A stretch of 64,000 nt of DNA from Thermoplasmata archaeon (lineage in GTDB: Archaea; Thermoplasmatota; Thermoplasmata; RBG-16-68-12; SOIM01): the NCBI GenBank assembly GCA_023140195.1, contig JAGLME010000001.1, forward strand, positions 193,146-257,145, given 5' to 3'. The notes under the pieces are model-generated. The model ran no database searches. It was given only the letters and a program-made list of their open reading frames with translations, and was not told the DNA's origin. Both the position numbers and the translations under genes were made by a program. Shown piece by piece: positions 30,065 to 43,070 of this stretch. Each line of letters starts with the position of its first letter. The first letter of the stretch is position 1.

Positions 30065-30529
30065 GTGAAGCGAGAGTTCTCTTTTGACGGGGCGGCATAT
30101 TCTGACAATAAGGCAGGGTTCAAGAAGTTGCTGAGGAGCCACGGGCTGAAATGGAAAGGCAGCTTGGGTGATTTCGTCTGGATCGGAGAGGGCGACAAGG
30201 TGATCGCAGAATTCAAAAGGGACGCCGAAAGGGATGTGACCATATCCGCGACGCTCACATGGAGCGGCAAGAAGAAGACGGCTTTCTTGATGGAACTGGA
30301 GAACTGGGCAGAGGAAGTTGGTGCCGAGAAGGCCGATGTGACGGGAAAGAACAAGGACGCAGACAAGAAGATCAAGAAAGATCTTGAGTTCTGGGACGAA
30401 CTGCACAAGCCCGACAAAGAACGGCTGAGAGCGGAAGGACGTCCCGAATCCTGGATAGAGAAGGATATGAAGGAATGGCGCAAGAAGAAACGCCAAAAGA
30501 AGAAAGAACTCCTAGACAGATATGGGTGA
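30065..30529 (+). CDS. Hypothetical protein (charged, Trp/Lys-rich)
   Basis: Codon usage matches its neighbours and it is in operon position. Confidence 0.7.
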   Translation: MKREFSFDGAAYSDNKAGFKKLLRSHGLKWKGSLGDFVWIGEGDKVIAEFKRDAERDVTISATLTWSGKKKTAFLMELENWAEEVGAEKADVTGKNKDADKKIKKDLEFWDELHKPDKERLRAEGRPESWIEKDMKEWRKKKRQKKKELLDRYG

Positions 30530-30540
30530 CGGTGAGAGGC

Positions 30541-30891
30541 ATGGAAGAGAAGCAAGGCGACGAGACGGTTGATGAGGACCTTCCAGACATGTTCGGAATG
30601 CCGCCAGAGTTCTACAGGTTCGAGATTATGAACGCACTCATCCTCATCATAGTTGGCCTTGTCCTGTTGGCCCTTACCGCCTTCGACATCATCCCCATTT
30701 TCCTCGGGATCGGTCTGGTCGCGATCCTTGCCGGGGTTTCCATGACCATATCAAGTGTGAACTTCGCTAGGACCCGTTCAACCGGACCTTTGCATGAATC
30801 CGTTGCCAAGAGCTTCAAGTACAGAATGATCTCAGGGGTTATCTGCTATTCCTCGGGTGCGGCGCTATTGGTGGCCTACATCATCCAATGA
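30541..30891 (+). CDS. Hypothetical membrane protein (3 TM)
   Basis: Hydrophobic segments. ATG follows GGTGAGAGG. Confidence 0.65.
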   Translation: MEEKQGDETVDEDLPDMFGMPPEFYRFEIMNALILIIVGLVLLALTAFDIIPIFLGIGLVAILAGVSMTISSVNFARTRSTGPLHESVAKSFKYRMISGVICYSSGAALLVAYIIQ

Positions 30892-31060
30892 GACGTTCCC
30901 AGAAGAAACCCCCAGTGACCTGATAGGGGTCGTAGCAGTCGAAACAGAAGCCGCTCCTCTTGTCGTCCGGGAGGAAAACCATGGTGCATCCGCACTTCCT
31001 GCAACTCCCAGCCGAATCGCTGATGTCCTCGAATCGCCGAATATCTGGACGAAGCCTCAA
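30881..31060 (-). CDS. Small zinc-ribbon protein (CRKCG...CFDC)
   Basis: Two CxxC pairs. TTG start follows GGGGAGGAG. Confidence 0.65.
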   Translation of the reverse strand: MRLRPDIRRFEDISDSAGSCRKCGCTMVFLPDDKRSGFCFDCYDPYQVTGGFFWERLIG

Positions 31061-31173
31061 TCGACCCACTCCTCCCCAAAAACTTGGTGACAAAAGGTAT
31101 CCCTCAGGTCTATAAAAACCTTTTCGGGAGGTTGGATGTTCGTTGCACGTAGAGGAATATTATTAAGCATTTG

Positions 31174-31800
31174 ATGAGTTCTCCAACTACGATGGCAGGC
31201 AGATTCATAACGCTTGATGGGATCGACGGATGCGGCAAATCCTCAGTTGCCGAGAGGCTTTTCAGAACCTTGGAAGAACAAGGCATGGACGTCATTCTCA
31301 CCCGGGAGCCCACGGATTCTTGGATCGGGGAAGCTGTCAAGAGAAGCATTTCTGAAGATCATCCCGCCTTGACCGAAGCATTCCTTTTCATGGCAGACCG
31401 TGCGACCCACTCAGTCGAGATCTCTGAATGGCTCAAAGGCGACAAGATTGTGGTATGCGACCGCTATGCCGATTCCACCATTTCCTATCAGGCCGCCTCT
31501 CTCTCATTGGTTGGGTTTGACGGAGACCCATTCGAATGGTTGAAGGGCGTCAGCGACCTTTATGTTCTCACACCGGACCTGACCATCCTTCTTGACCTTG
31601 ACCCAGGTGTTGCCATGGAACGCATTCAGCTGAGGGAGAAGATCACCAAGTTCGAGAATCAGGATTTCCTGACGAAAGTAAGGGAGAACTTCCTGAGATT
31701 GGCAGAGATGGAAGATCGGATCAAGATCGTTGATGCGTCGCCACCCTTGAGCGCCGTGGCTGAAGAAGTGGAAAGGGTTTTGCGGACCGTACTCGACTAG
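31174..31800 (+). CDS. tmk: Thymidylate kinase
   Basis: GIDGCGKS, TREP, ADRA.H, CDRY..S. Confidence 0.95.
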   Translation: MSSPTTMAGRFITLDGIDGCGKSSVAERLFRTLEEQGMDVILTREPTDSWIGEAVKRSISEDHPALTEAFLFMADRATHSVEISEWLKGDKIVVCDRYADSTISYQAASLSLVGFDGDPFEWLKGVSDLYVLTPDLTILLDLDPGVAMERIQLREKITKFENQDFLTKVRENFLRLAEMEDRIKIVDASPPLSAVAEEVERVLRTVLD

Positions 31801-31955
31801 CTTGCTGCGTCCCTTATCGCTCCATTCATGAGTGCCTGGACCAGGAAAGCTCTCGCAAAAAGAATCATCATGTCCCTGTCGCCCTTTTCGACTTCCATCA
31901 GAAAGGCGCGACCTAGGAGCATCTTCATGTGCGGCTCTGGTTCACTCTGGAGCAC
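31797..31955 (-). CDS. Possible 52-aa leaderless protein with an internal RAFL repeat
   Basis: MLLGRAFLME / MILFARAFLVQ repeat. TTAAAG lies about 24 nt before the GTG. Confidence 0.4.
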   Translation of the reverse strand: MLQSEPEPHMKMLLGRAFLMEVEKGDRDMMILFARAFLVQALMNGAIRDAAS

Positions 31956-32074
31956 GATAGACCGATTGGATGGGAAGGTCTTTAACATTGTGCCATGAGA
32001 ATCATGGTTGATTATCTGGCCTGACAAAAGATTCTTAAGACATATCGACTATTCACCCACGATGGGGTGCACGC

Positions 32075-33571
32075 TTGGAGACCACCTTTGACGAAGCTGT
32101 TCCAGAGACCACCAATCATATCTCTCCCGACTGCATCGGAATGATCTACGGAGACATCGGACCCACCAGATTCAAGTGCAGTGTTTTGGCACCTGTGGAG
32201 AAGAGCGAGTTCATTCAGGTCAATCACGACACGTGCGGAATGGTCCTGGGCAGGGTGGATACCATCGAAAGGAAAACAGACTTATCCATAGAGAAAGCAC
32301 ACCTGCTGGCCAAGGGAGAGCACGTGGAGATCGAAGAGATGGTCTCCGCAAGCATAGTGATAGTCGGCTACAGGGACGAGAGGAACCTGCTGCAGGTTCC
32401 GAGAACGCCCTTTAAGGCCGGGGAAGAAGTGGAGAAGGCCAGCGAGAATCTAATCAGGAAGGTTATCGGGCTGAAAGAGGACAGGAAGACCGGCGCCTAC
32501 ATCGGGATGCTCAGGGGGCACGACGTTCAGATTTATCTGGACATCAACGGCTTGATCCAGAAGCACGTCAGTATACTGGCAAAGACCGGCGGCGGAAAGA
32601 GCTACATGGCCGGCGTCGTTCTCGAGGAGCTCCTGAAGCACAACGTCACAACGGTTGTGATAGACCCACACGGTGAATACTCTTCTCTTGCACAGAGGGC
32701 GAAGTCAGTCCAGCTGGGGGAGAAGTTCCATGTTGTCCCGAACAGCTATGAGTCCAAGTTGGCGGTTTTCACCCCCGACACCAAGCTGAATCCCAACGCC
32801 AAATCTCTCAAGTTCACACTCGCCAACCTTCAGCCCAGGGACATACTGGCGCTCACGAAGTCAGGGAGCGTCCGCACCCATCTGACCTCATTGCGAGAGG
32901 CCCTGGACATAATCAGGACATCCCGCAAGGACTACGACGTGGACGACATCCTGAGGGTGCTGGAGGCCCAGGACGACCAGTCCAACTTCTCATTGATGAA
33001 CGAACTGGAATACCTCCGGGAAGTGGACATATTCGCCCGAGAAGGGACGAAGATCGACGAGCTGGTGCACAAGGGAATGACAACGATAATCAATATGAAA
33101 GGAACGCCCCCAGACATCCAGGAGCTCATCATCAATCGGGTTGCGACCGCATTGTTCGAACTCAGGAAGATGGAGAAGATACCCCCGCTCATGATGGTGA
33201 CCGAAGAGGCCCATAATTTCTGTCCCCAACAGGGCAAGGCGGCCACATCGGACATATTCAGGACGATCGCGTCCGAGGGAAGGAAGTTCGGTCTGGGTCT
33301 TATGATAATAACGCAGAGAGCGGCCAAGGTGGACAAGAACGTTCTCAGCCAGTGCAACACGCAGATCATACTCAAGGTCACAAACCCCAACGACCTGAAG
33401 ACGATAATGGCCTCGGTGGAAGGACTGACGGCAGGGATGGCGGATGAGATACAGATGCTCCCAGTGGGCGTCGCTTTGGTGACCGGAGGGAACATAACCA
33501 TGCCTCTGTTGGTTGATGTGAGACCAAGAGAGACTGAACACGGCGGGAAGTCGGTCAAGATCCTGGAATGA
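32075..33571 (+). CDS. HerA/FtsK-family ATPase (HAS barrel + DUF87)
   Basis: HVSILAKTGGGKS, DPHGEY, EEAH, EGRKFG, TQR. Confidence 0.9.
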   Translation: METTFDEAVPETTNHISPDCIGMIYGDIGPTRFKCSVLAPVEKSEFIQVNHDTCGMVLGRVDTIERKTDLSIEKAHLLAKGEHVEIEEMVSASIVIVGYRDERNLLQVPRTPFKAGEEVEKASENLIRKVIGLKEDRKTGAYIGMLRGHDVQIYLDINGLIQKHVSILAKTGGGKSYMAGVVLEELLKHNVTTVVIDPHGEYSSLAQRAKSVQLGEKFHVVPNSYESKLAVFTPDTKLNPNAKSLKFTLANLQPRDILALTKSGSVRTHLTSLREALDIIRTSRKDYDVDDILRVLEAQDDQSNFSLMNELEYLREVDIFAREGTKIDELVHKGMTTIINMKGTPPDIQELIINRVATALFELRKMEKIPPLMMVTEEAHNFCPQQGKAATSDIFRTIASEGRKFGLGLMIITQRAAKVDKNVLSQCNTQIILKVTNPNDLKTIMASVEGLTAGMADEIQMLPVGVALVTGGNITMPLLVDVRPRETEHGGKSVKILE

Positions 33572-33575
33572 TTTC

Positions 33576-33857
33576 ATGGACACGGCGCTAGTGGAGAAGG
33601 ACCTGGATATCACAAAGAGAGCTCTTGCCAAGGTCAAGATCATCGCTCCAGAGAAGTCGTACACACACAAGATCGCGAAGGATTTTCTCAATATGGCCGA
33701 GTCATACTACAAGGACGCAGTACATTTCTATGAAGATGGCAACCTGGTGAACGCCTTCGCCTGCGTCAACTACGCTCACGGGTGGCTGGACGCAGGTGCT
33801 CGGCTGGGAGTGTTCGATGTGGGTGGTGACGACCAGCTTTTTACACTGATGGAATAG
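33576..33857 (+). CDS. DUF357 protein
   Basis: MAESYYKDA.HF...AFACVNYAHGWLDAG. Confidence 0.9.
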   Translation: MDTALVEKDLDITKRALAKVKIIAPEKSYTHKIAKDFLNMAESYYKDAVHFYEDGNLVNAFACVNYAHGWLDAGARLGVFDVGGDDQLFTLME

Positions 33858-33915
33858 TTTATTTCTCACCGTTTGTATAGTAATCGCAAGGGATTGTTGA
33901 GGAGGTATTATTGGC

Positions 33916-34377
33916 TTGAAGGACAGGACACCCACCGCCAGAAAGGTTCCCAAGGGGCAAGTATCTTGGGAGAGGGTCAAGCGCAAGAAGAGCACTCGGG
34001 AGAAATCCTATGAGGCCAAGGTGGGCAGGGAAAGCAAAGGACCGACTGTGCTTACCTTGATGAAGACCTGGAAGTTCATGTTCACCTTCGCTTCCCTTTT
34101 TGCCATTCTGACAGTCCTCGCCCTTATCATCGAACCGCTGCGTTACATCTTCCCGCTTTCAGGGATAGTGATTATGATTGTAGCCTACTTCCTTGGCGGG
34201 GGTCTTTCAGAATGGCATTCTGTTCCCCCGACCACAACAATCGGTGCAAAATCGATGCTTTCATACAGATATGGTGGGAGCTCTTCCAACTGGGACATGA
34301 TAACCATCGGGTTGATAATCGGAGGGATAATCTTCCTTTCTGGTGTACTGTCTATCCTGATAGCCACCCTATACTGA
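33916..34377 (+). CDS. Hypothetical membrane protein
   Basis: GGAGGT SD, basic N-terminus, three TM segments. Confidence 0.7.
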   Translation: MKDRTPTARKVPKGQVSWERVKRKKSTREKSYEAKVGRESKGPTVLTLMKTWKFMFTFASLFAILTVLALIIEPLRYIFPLSGIVIMIVAYFLGGGLSEWHSVPPTTTIGAKSMLSYRYGGSSSNWDMITIGLIIGGIIFLSGVLSILIATLY

Positions 34378-34380
34378 GGG

Positions 34381-35253
34381 TCAAATGGTCCTCGCACCGC
34401 GGTTGTCCACTTCGCATCTTATTACCTTGCCAAAACGCTTCAAGATGTTCTCGAGTATCTTTGTCTCTCCACTGGCAAAGACCGAGTTCCCCAGCATGGA
34501 CATCCCCGCATAGCCGTATTCTGCGCAGCTTTCGATGGCCTCCAATATCTTCTCCGTCGCCAATCCTGCATCCTTCGCAAAATCCTCGCTGAGTATGAAC
34601 AACCTCTCAAAATCCGGATTTGAGATGAATGAACCCACACGTTCCCTCCCGGAACGGTTGATCCTCTCCACCGCTCTCCTGTCCTGGAGGACCTCTCGTG
34701 TATCCAGGTCTCCTCCCAGAATACACAGGACCACGTCCTGTTCGACCTCAGTCTTCTTCACCATTCCATATGGAGGGGCACCTGGCGATTCCCTGACGAC
34801 CAATCCCCCGGTTGCCTGAGGGTAAACGTCACCGAGCCCCGTAAGGGATTCCACCTCAGCGATATGGGCGATGCGGACAAGGTCCTCGGTTGTTTGATCG
34901 GATTCAGTGGCATCAGCAAGGGCAATGACAGTACTGAGTGCACCTGCGCCGCTCATGCCTAACCCCTGCGAGACAGGTAGTTCGTTCAATGTATCCACCG
35001 TCACCCCCAGCTTCCGACTGCCCAGCCATTTCCTCACCGCCAGTTCGGTCACGGTGTTCTCGACCAATCGGTGCTCGACATAGACAGACACCTCCTGATC
35101 AGCGGAGTCGGAGACCTCCACCGTGGATACGACACCCTTAGAAAGACACAGCCCAACTCCTCGTGACCCCTTCTTCAAAATGTCCGGGTCATCGATTATC
35201 TCAAAAAAGGCGGTGATGTGGCCGGGGCAGAATGCTGTGGACTTAGATGCCAT
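34381..35253 (-). CDS. Pantoate kinase (GHMP)
   Basis: FCPGHITAFF, GSRGVG, PVSQGLGMSGA, GLGDV, MSMLGNSVF. Adjacent to coaBC. Confidence 0.92.
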   Translation of the reverse strand: MASKSTAFCPGHITAFFEIIDDPDILKKGSRGVGLCLSKGVVSTVEVSDSADQEVSVYVEHRLVENTVTELAVRKWLGSRKLGVTVDTLNELPVSQGLGMSGAGALSTVIALADATESDQTTEDLVRIAHIAEVESLTGLGDVYPQATGGLVVRESPGAPPYGMVKKTEVEQDVVLCILGGDLDTREVLQDRRAVERINRSGRERVGSFISNPDFERLFILSEDFAKDAGLATEKILEAIESCAEYGYAGMSMLGNSVFASGETKILENILKRFGKVIRCEVDNRGARTI

Positions 35254-36442
35254 TCAGGACAGCACTCCAAATCTCGTTAGCTATCTGTGACTTGGGTCCC
35301 TTGATCACCTTGGTCTTCCCCTTCTTGTCAATGATTGTGACCTCGTTGGAGTCCGGCTTCACCAGGTTGATGTCATTCGCGACTATGAAATCCAGTTTTG
35401 CGGCCCTAATCCTCTCCTTCCCCCTTGATATGAGGGTCTTCTTTGGAACGTTGGATTCCAGCTTGAAGGCTATGAGCTTCATCTTCTTCCTGTTGCGACG
35501 GATTTCTTCTATTATCTTGGGTGCTCTTATCAGGTCCAGTGATATCGATTTCTTCGACGAGGATATTTTCCCTTTGGTCTTCCTTGGGATGTAGTCGGAT
35601 ATTGCTGCGGGTACGATACAGATGTCGGACTTGATCTTGCGGACCATGTCCACCAGCTCGGAGGAGCTGGAGAACCTCTTGGTCTTGATGAAACTTGGCA
35701 ACTCGCAGGTGGCTCCACCCATCAACAGTTCAACATCGGCGCCTCTCTCGAATGCATCCAGGGCAAGTTCAACACCCGTTCGCCCTGAGCTTCTGTTGGT
35801 CAGGACACGAACATCGTCCACGGGTTCTTCTGTCGAACCAGCTATGACTGATACCTTCTTCCCGTGCATGTCTCTTGGACCCAGAGTTCTTATGACTGAC
35901 GACACGATTTGGTCCGAGAAAGCGATCTTGGCCTTGGACTCCTGGAGCCTCGGCTGAACGAAGTCGATTCCCAGATTCTTCAGCTTCCTGATGTTCTCAT
36001 CGATTATCGGTTGGTCGTACAGTGAGATGTGCATTGCTGGCACGATCATGATTGGTGTCTTGGAACCTAAGGAGGTGACTGCGAATATGGATACTGTGGA
36101 ATCTGTTATTCCATGGGCGATCTTCGATATGGTATTGGCAGTGCAAGGGGCTATCAGCATGAGATGCGCAATGCCGTCCTCCCCGCAGAGGTCAACGTAC
36201 GGTACCGACCCATCTATCTCGGTTATTGGCTTGTGCCCGCTGGCGAACTCCATGCTAATCGGATTTATGATCTTCTGTCCCCATTCGGACATTACTGGAA
36301 CAACGTTTGCCCCGTGGCGAATCAGCTCCCTAGCAAGTTTGACGCATTCGGTTGCAGCTATGCTACCAGTGATTCCCAGAACGATCGTCCTGTTTCTCAG
36401 TTTCTCGCTCTTCTGGCAGTATATTCTCTGACTTGGATGCAC
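35243..36442 (-). CDS. coaBC: Bifunctional PPC decarboxylase/PPC synthetase
   Basis: GITGSIA, APCTANT, PAMH, GSTEEPVDDVR, NRSSG, AAISDY. Confidence 0.96.
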   Translation of the reverse strand: MHPSQRIYCQKSEKLRNRTIVLGITGSIAATECVKLARELIRHGANVVPVMSEWGQKIINPISMEFASGHKPITEIDGSVPYVDLCGEDGIAHLMLIAPCTANTISKIAHGITDSTVSIFAVTSLGSKTPIMIVPAMHISLYDQPIIDENIRKLKNLGIDFVQPRLQESKAKIAFSDQIVSSVIRTLGPRDMHGKKVSVIAGSTEEPVDDVRVLTNRSSGRTGVELALDAFERGADVELLMGGATCELPSFIKTKRFSSSSELVDMVRKIKSDICIVPAAISDYIPRKTKGKISSSKKSISLDLIRAPKIIEEIRRNRKKMKLIAFKLESNVPKKTLISRGKERIRAAKLDFIVANDINLVKPDSNEVTIIDKKGKTKVIKGPKSQIANEIWSAVLNGI

Positions 36443-36545
36443 ACCGAACGATTATAGTCCGGATTTAAATAGTTTCTCTATTGAGAATCTGGATGGGCTC
36501 ACGTGCGCAATGTTTATTGGGGTTTGGTGAATAACACCCAACCAT

Positions 36546-37835
36546 ATGACATCTGAGGGGAAGGGAGCGATCGAGTATCTTCTCGGTCTCAAGAAGTTCG
36601 GTGTGAGGCTTGGACTGGAGAACGTTACAGAGCTTCTGGAAAGACTTGGCGATCCGCACAACGAATTCAAGTCGGTCCATGTTGCCGGCACCAACGGTAA
36701 GGGGTCGGTCTGCGCATATGTTTCTTCGATCCTTCGGGAAGCTGGCTACAAGGTCGGTCTGTATACGTCCCCACACCTGCTCCGTCTCAACGAGCGAATC
36801 CAGATCAACGGGGAAGAGATATCTGATGATAGGATGGAGGAGCTTGCTGAGCAAATCAGGGCAGTGTCCGAGGAAATGGCCTCCAAGTCACCGGACAAGC
36901 AGATCACCTTCTTTGAGTTCTTGACCGCCATGGCATTCTCCCACTTCCGTGATGAGAACATCGATTTCGGAGTTCTGGAGGTCGGAATGGGAGGGAGGCT
37001 TGATGCCACAAATGTCGTCACACCTGAAGTGTGTGCCATTGCTCATCTGGCCATCGAACATTCGGAGCATCTTGGAGGATCGCTCGGGCAGATTGCCAGG
37101 GAGAAGGCCGGGATCATAAAGGACGGAGTTCCGGTCGTTGTTTCGGACAATCCAGTTCCCGAGGCAGTTGTGGATGCATGCGAAGAGAAGAACGCCAGCC
37201 TGACGGTCGTGGGCAAGGACATAATATTCTCCAGGACCGAGCAGGAGCCAGAATGGCAGCACATCAGGATCAATGATATGCACGATGTCAAGATCGGACT
37301 TCACGGACACCACCAGGTCCAGAACGCCGCCACTGCGTTCGGTGTCATCGAAGCTATGAGAGCAAAGGGATTCGAGATTCCTCATAAGGCCGTCTCCGCA
37401 GGATTCGCCAAAGCGAAATGGCCAGGTAGATTCGAGGTTGTGATGAGAAACCCACTGGTCGTCCTCGATACCGCTCACAACCCCGATGCTGCTACCGAAC
37501 TGAGGAGGTCGGTGGATGATGTCCTCGAATTTGATAGAGGGATCCTGGTGCTGGGGATGCTGGAGGACAAGGACATGGAAGGTTTCGCGGCCGAGATCTA
37601 TCCGATTGTTAACACGGTCATCTGCACGACCCCCCAGAACCCTAGAGCTCTCCCGGCGGAACGCGCCACCAAGATCATGAAGAACTTCATTCGAAGAGTG
37701 GGGCCCATATCCAGCGTTGCAGAAGCAGTTGACAAGGCATTGGATATGGCCAGGGAGGAGGACATGGTCCTTGTTACTGGTTCAAACACCACCGTGGGGG
37801 AGGCCATGCAGTATCTCGAACGGGTGAACAAGTGA
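36546..37835 (+). CDS. folC: Folylpolyglutamate synthase/dihydrofolate synthase
   Basis: HVAGTNGKGS, YTSPHL, EVGMGGRLDATN, WPGRFE, DTAHNP. Confidence 0.95.
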   Translation: MTSEGKGAIEYLLGLKKFGVRLGLENVTELLERLGDPHNEFKSVHVAGTNGKGSVCAYVSSILREAGYKVGLYTSPHLLRLNERIQINGEEISDDRMEELAEQIRAVSEEMASKSPDKQITFFEFLTAMAFSHFRDENIDFGVLEVGMGGRLDATNVVTPEVCAIAHLAIEHSEHLGGSLGQIAREKAGIIKDGVPVVVSDNPVPEAVVDACEEKNASLTVVGKDIIFSRTEQEPEWQHIRINDMHDVKIGLHGHHQVQNAATAFGVIEAMRAKGFEIPHKAVSAGFAKAKWPGRFEVVMRNPLVVLDTAHNPDAATELRRSVDDVLEFDRGILVLGMLEDKDMEGFAAEIYPIVNTVICTTPQNPRALPAERATKIMKNFIRRVGPISSVAEAVDKALDMAREEDMVLVTGSNTTVGEAMQYLERVNK

Positions 37836-38497
37836 ACAGGATCGATCTCATAATGAAGAATCTCAAGGAGAGGTATCAACATGGGGCTTTTCCTGGGAAC
37901 ATATCTGGGACCGCTTTGCAGAAAGAACTGAGGCGTCCATACAGGGTATTGATCTCAACGATCCTCTCACATCGAACCAAGGACGAGAACACTCACCGGG
38001 CATCATCCAATCTCTTCGATAGGTACCCGACAGTTGAGGACGTGGCAGATGCACCATTGGAAGTCATTGAGGAACTGATCCGCCCGTCTGGATTCTACAA
38101 GGTCAAAGCCCGGAGGGTAAAGGAGGTCTCCAAGATCCTGCTGGAAGAATATGATGGTGAAGTGCCGAGGGGTTTTGATGAACTGATGTCCCTACCATCG
38201 GTCGGCAGGAAGACGGCGAACTGCGTTCTTGTCTACGCCTTCGGGGAACCGGCAGTGCCAGTTGATGTGCATGTCCACAAGATCTCCAACCGCCTTGGGT
38301 TAGTGAACACCAAGACCCCGGAGCAGACAGAAGCAGAACTCGTTAAGCTGGTTCCAAAGAAGTACTGGCTGGATCTGAACGAGCTGTTTGTGAGGTTCGG
38401 GCAGGACGTCTGCAGGTCCGTTGGTCCAAAATGTGGCGAATGTGACTTCAACACTTTCTGTCTATACAACAAAGAACTCGGGAAGAAAGCCTGCTAA
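37832..38497 (+). CDS. nth: Endonuclease III
   Basis: HhH motif [15 protein letters not shown]-terminal CxxxxxxCxxCxxxxxC. Confidence 0.93.
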   Translation: MNRIDLIMKNLKERYQHGAFPGNISGTALQKELRRPYRVLISTILSHRTKDENTHRASSNLFDRYPTVEDVADAPLEVIEELIRPSGFYKVKARRVKEVSKILLEEYDGEVPRGFDELMSLPSVGRKTANCVLVYAFGEPAVPVDVHVHKISNRLGLVNTKTPEQTEAELVKLVPKKYWLDLNELFVRFGQDVCRSVGPKCGECDFNTFCLYNKELGKKAC

Positions 38498-40995
38498 CCT
38501 TCTCTTTGCTCTTCTTCATCTTCGCTCTCGGCCTCTTCGATCATCTCAATCTCTTCTTCCTCGCGGACCATCCTGGCCAGAGCCTTTACCTTGTCGTCCT
38601 TTTTCATGCGCATGACCTTGACACCCTGGGTCGCTCTTCCCATTATCCGAATGCCTTCCACAGGGATCCTGATTATCATTCCCTTGACGCTGGTGATTAT
38701 GAGCTCGTCATCCTCATTCACTTGTCTGATGGCCACCACAGGACCGTTCTTTTCCACTATCCTGAGGTTTATGACACCCATCGCTCCACGTTTCGTCTTT
38801 CTGTAATCGCTGACTTTAGATCTTTTTCCATACCCCTTCACTGTGACCGTCAACATCACGGATTCGGGCTCCACCACGGCCATACCGATCACCCTATCAT
38901 CCTTCTTCTTCAGCCTGGCCCCTATGACCCCCATCGAGTACCTGCCCGTCGACCGGACCTGCGTCTCGGAGAACCTCACCGCCATTCCCTGCCTTGTACC
39001 TATCATGACCTCTTTGGTCCCGTCCGAGAGTTTGACATCCACGAGTTCATCCCCAGGTCTGAGCCTTATCGCCCATATGCCTGTGACCCTCGGTCTGCTG
39101 TACGCCGAGAGCTTTGTCTTCTTTATCAGTCCCTTTTTGGTTCCGAACAGAAGGAACCTGTCCTCATCGAACTCATCGATTGGGATCATCTCGGAGATGG
39201 TCTCTCCCTTTTCCAGACGGGGTATCATGTTGATTATCGGCTTTCCTTTGGCATGTCTCCCGCCCGCAGGCAGTTGCCACGCCTTCAACCAGTGGACTTT
39301 GCCCATGTTGGTGAAGAACAAGATGTAATCGTGCGAGGATGTGACGAACAGGTCCACCACGAAGTCCTCTTCCTTGGTCTCCATCCCCTTCAGGCCGACG
39401 CCGCCTCTCCTCTGCTGCCGATAGGTGTCGCACGGCAACCTCTTGATGTAGCCAGTGTTCGTGATCGTGACGACGACATCCTCCACCGGGATGAGGTCCT
39501 CGATTTCGAAGTCGTCCGCGTGCTCGACTATCTCGGTCCTCCGCTCATCCCCGTACTTCTCCTTGATCTCCGCCAATTCTTCCTTGATTATCTCGTGGAT
39601 CTTCTCCTCACTGGCAAGTATCTCTTCCAGCCCCTCTATCTTCTTCTCGAGCTCCTTCTCCTCGTCCCTCAGGGCCTGAAGTTCCATTCCCGTGAGCTTC
39701 TGGAGCCTCATTTCCAGGATCGCCTTCGCCTGCTCTTCTGACAGCAGGTATGTCTTTATGAGACCGTTCCTGGCCTCCTCGGCGGTCTGTGAACGTCTGA
39801 TCAACCGAATGACATCGTCAAGATGGTCGACCGCAGTGATGAGTCCCTCGGTTATGTGAAGTCTATGCTTCGCTTTTTTCAGATCGAACTCGGTCCTTCT
39901 CCTGATGACCTCTTCTCTGAAGCTGAGGAACTCCGTTATCGCCGTTTTGATGTCCAGGATCTTCGGTTCCCCGTCCACAATGGCCAGGTTGATCATTCCA
40001 AAGGTGGATTCCATGGCCGTGTGTTTGTACAGCTGGTTGAGGATGACGTCCTCCAGTATCCCTCTTCGGAGGTCGATGACTATCCTCATCCCATCCTTGT
40101 CGCTCTCGTCCCTGAGGTCGGTGATTCCGTCGATCTTCTTGTCCTTGACCAGATGGGCCATCTTCTCGATAAGCTTCGCCTTGTTCACCATGTAAGGTAT
40201 CTCGGTGACTATGATCCTCTGGGTGTCCTTCGCCTTCTCTTCGATATTCACCCTCGCTCTGACCCTGATCCGACCCCTTCCGGTGTGGTAGGCCTCCACG
40301 ACTCCTCTTCTGCCGTATATGATGCCACCGGTCGGGAAGTCAGGGCCCCGCAAGATGGTCATGAGCTCGGTCACTTCGATGTCTGGATTGTCGATTATCT
40401 CAATAGCGGCATCCACCACCTCTCCGAGGTTGTGGGGGGGTATGTTGGTCGCCATTCCCACCGCGATACCGCTTGAACCGTTGACCAAAAGGTTGGGGAA
40501 CTTCGCAGGCAGTACAGTGGGTTCCTTCAGAGAACCGTCGAAGTTGTCCATAAAGTCGACCGTTTCCTTGTCTATGTCGGCCATCAGTTCATCTGTAATC
40601 CTGCTCATCCGGCACTCTGTGTATCTCATCGCCGCTGGAGGGTCGCCATCAACGCTGCCCATGTTCCCTTGACCATCGATCAGCATGTAGCGCATGGAGA
40701 AGTCCTGCGCCATCCTGGCCAAAGCATCGTACACCGCCATGTCGCCGTGGGGGTGGTACTTGCCCAGGACCTCGCCGACCACTCTGGCAGACTTCTTGTA
40801 AGGCTTCGATCTGTCCAGGCCCAGGTCCCTCATCGCATAGAGTATCCTCTTGTGGACCGGTTTGAGCCCGTCCCTGACATCCGGCAGTGCCCTGCCCACG
40901 ATCACGCTCATGGCGTAATCTATGTACGATGTCTCCATCTCGGCTTCTATGGGTCTTGGAAAGGTCCTTTTCTCTTCTTCTTCGGTCTCTTCCAA
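38494..40995 (-). CDS. gyrA: DNA gyrase subunit A
   Basis: [24 protein letters not shown], GyrA box QRRGGVG. Confidence 0.98.
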   Translation of the reverse strand: MEETEEEEKRTFPRPIEAEMETSYIDYAMSVIVGRALPDVRDGLKPVHKRILYAMRDLGLDRSKPYKKSARVVGEVLGKYHPHGDMAVYDALARMAQDFSMRYMLIDGQGNMGSVDGDPPAAMRYTECRMSRITDELMADIDKETVDFMDNFDGSLKEPTVLPAKFPNLLVNGSSGIAVGMATNIPPHNLGEVVDAAIEIIDNPDIEVTELMTILRGPDFPTGGIIYGRRGVVEAYHTGRGRIRVRARVNIEEKAKDTQRIIVTEIPYMVNKAKLIEKMAHLVKDKKIDGITDLRDESDKDGMRIVIDLRRGILEDVILNQLYKHTAMESTFGMINLAIVDGEPKILDIKTAITEFLSFREEVIRRRTEFDLKKAKHRLHITEGLITAVDHLDDVIRLIRRSQTAEEARNGLIKTYLLSEEQAKAILEMRLQKLTGMELQALRDEEKELEKKIEGLEEILASEEKIHEIIKEELAEIKEKYGDERRTEIVEHADDFEIEDLIPVEDVVVTITNTGYIKRLPCDTYRQQRRGGVGLKGMETKEEDFVVDLFVTSSHDYILFFTNMGKVHWLKAWQLPAGGRHAKGKPIINMIPRLEKGETISEMIPIDEFDEDRFLLFGTKKGLIKKTKLSAYSRPRVTGIWAIRLRPGDELVDVKLSDGTKEVMIGTRQGMAVRFSETQVRSTGRYSMGVIGARLKKKDDRVIGMAVVEPESVMLTVTVKGYGKRSKVSDYRKTKRGAMGVINLRIVEKNGPVVAIRQVNEDDELIITSVKGMIIRIPVEGIRIMGRATQGVKVMRMKKDDKVKALARMVREEEEIEMIEEAESEDEEEQREG

Positions 40996-41003
40996 AAGAT
41001 CAC

Positions 41004-42905
<1,902 letters not shown>

Positions 42906-43070
42906 CTAAATCCTCATGGGTTTCACAGGGAGCGCATCCCAACTTTTCTGCAGTTAGGAGAATGCCCTTTGAGTATATAACAATTTACACATATCCAGAT
43001 AGGTAAAAATGCCCCCCGAAATGTATGGCTATTCAAATGAGAAATGCTTAAATACTAGAAGAAGGCGGAA

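Noticed and set aside
38506-39741. 411-aa antisense ORF, and similar long shadow ORFs over ppsA, gyrB and the AlkP gene
   Set aside because: These are antisense shadows of strongly codon-biased genes, with no motifs or SD.
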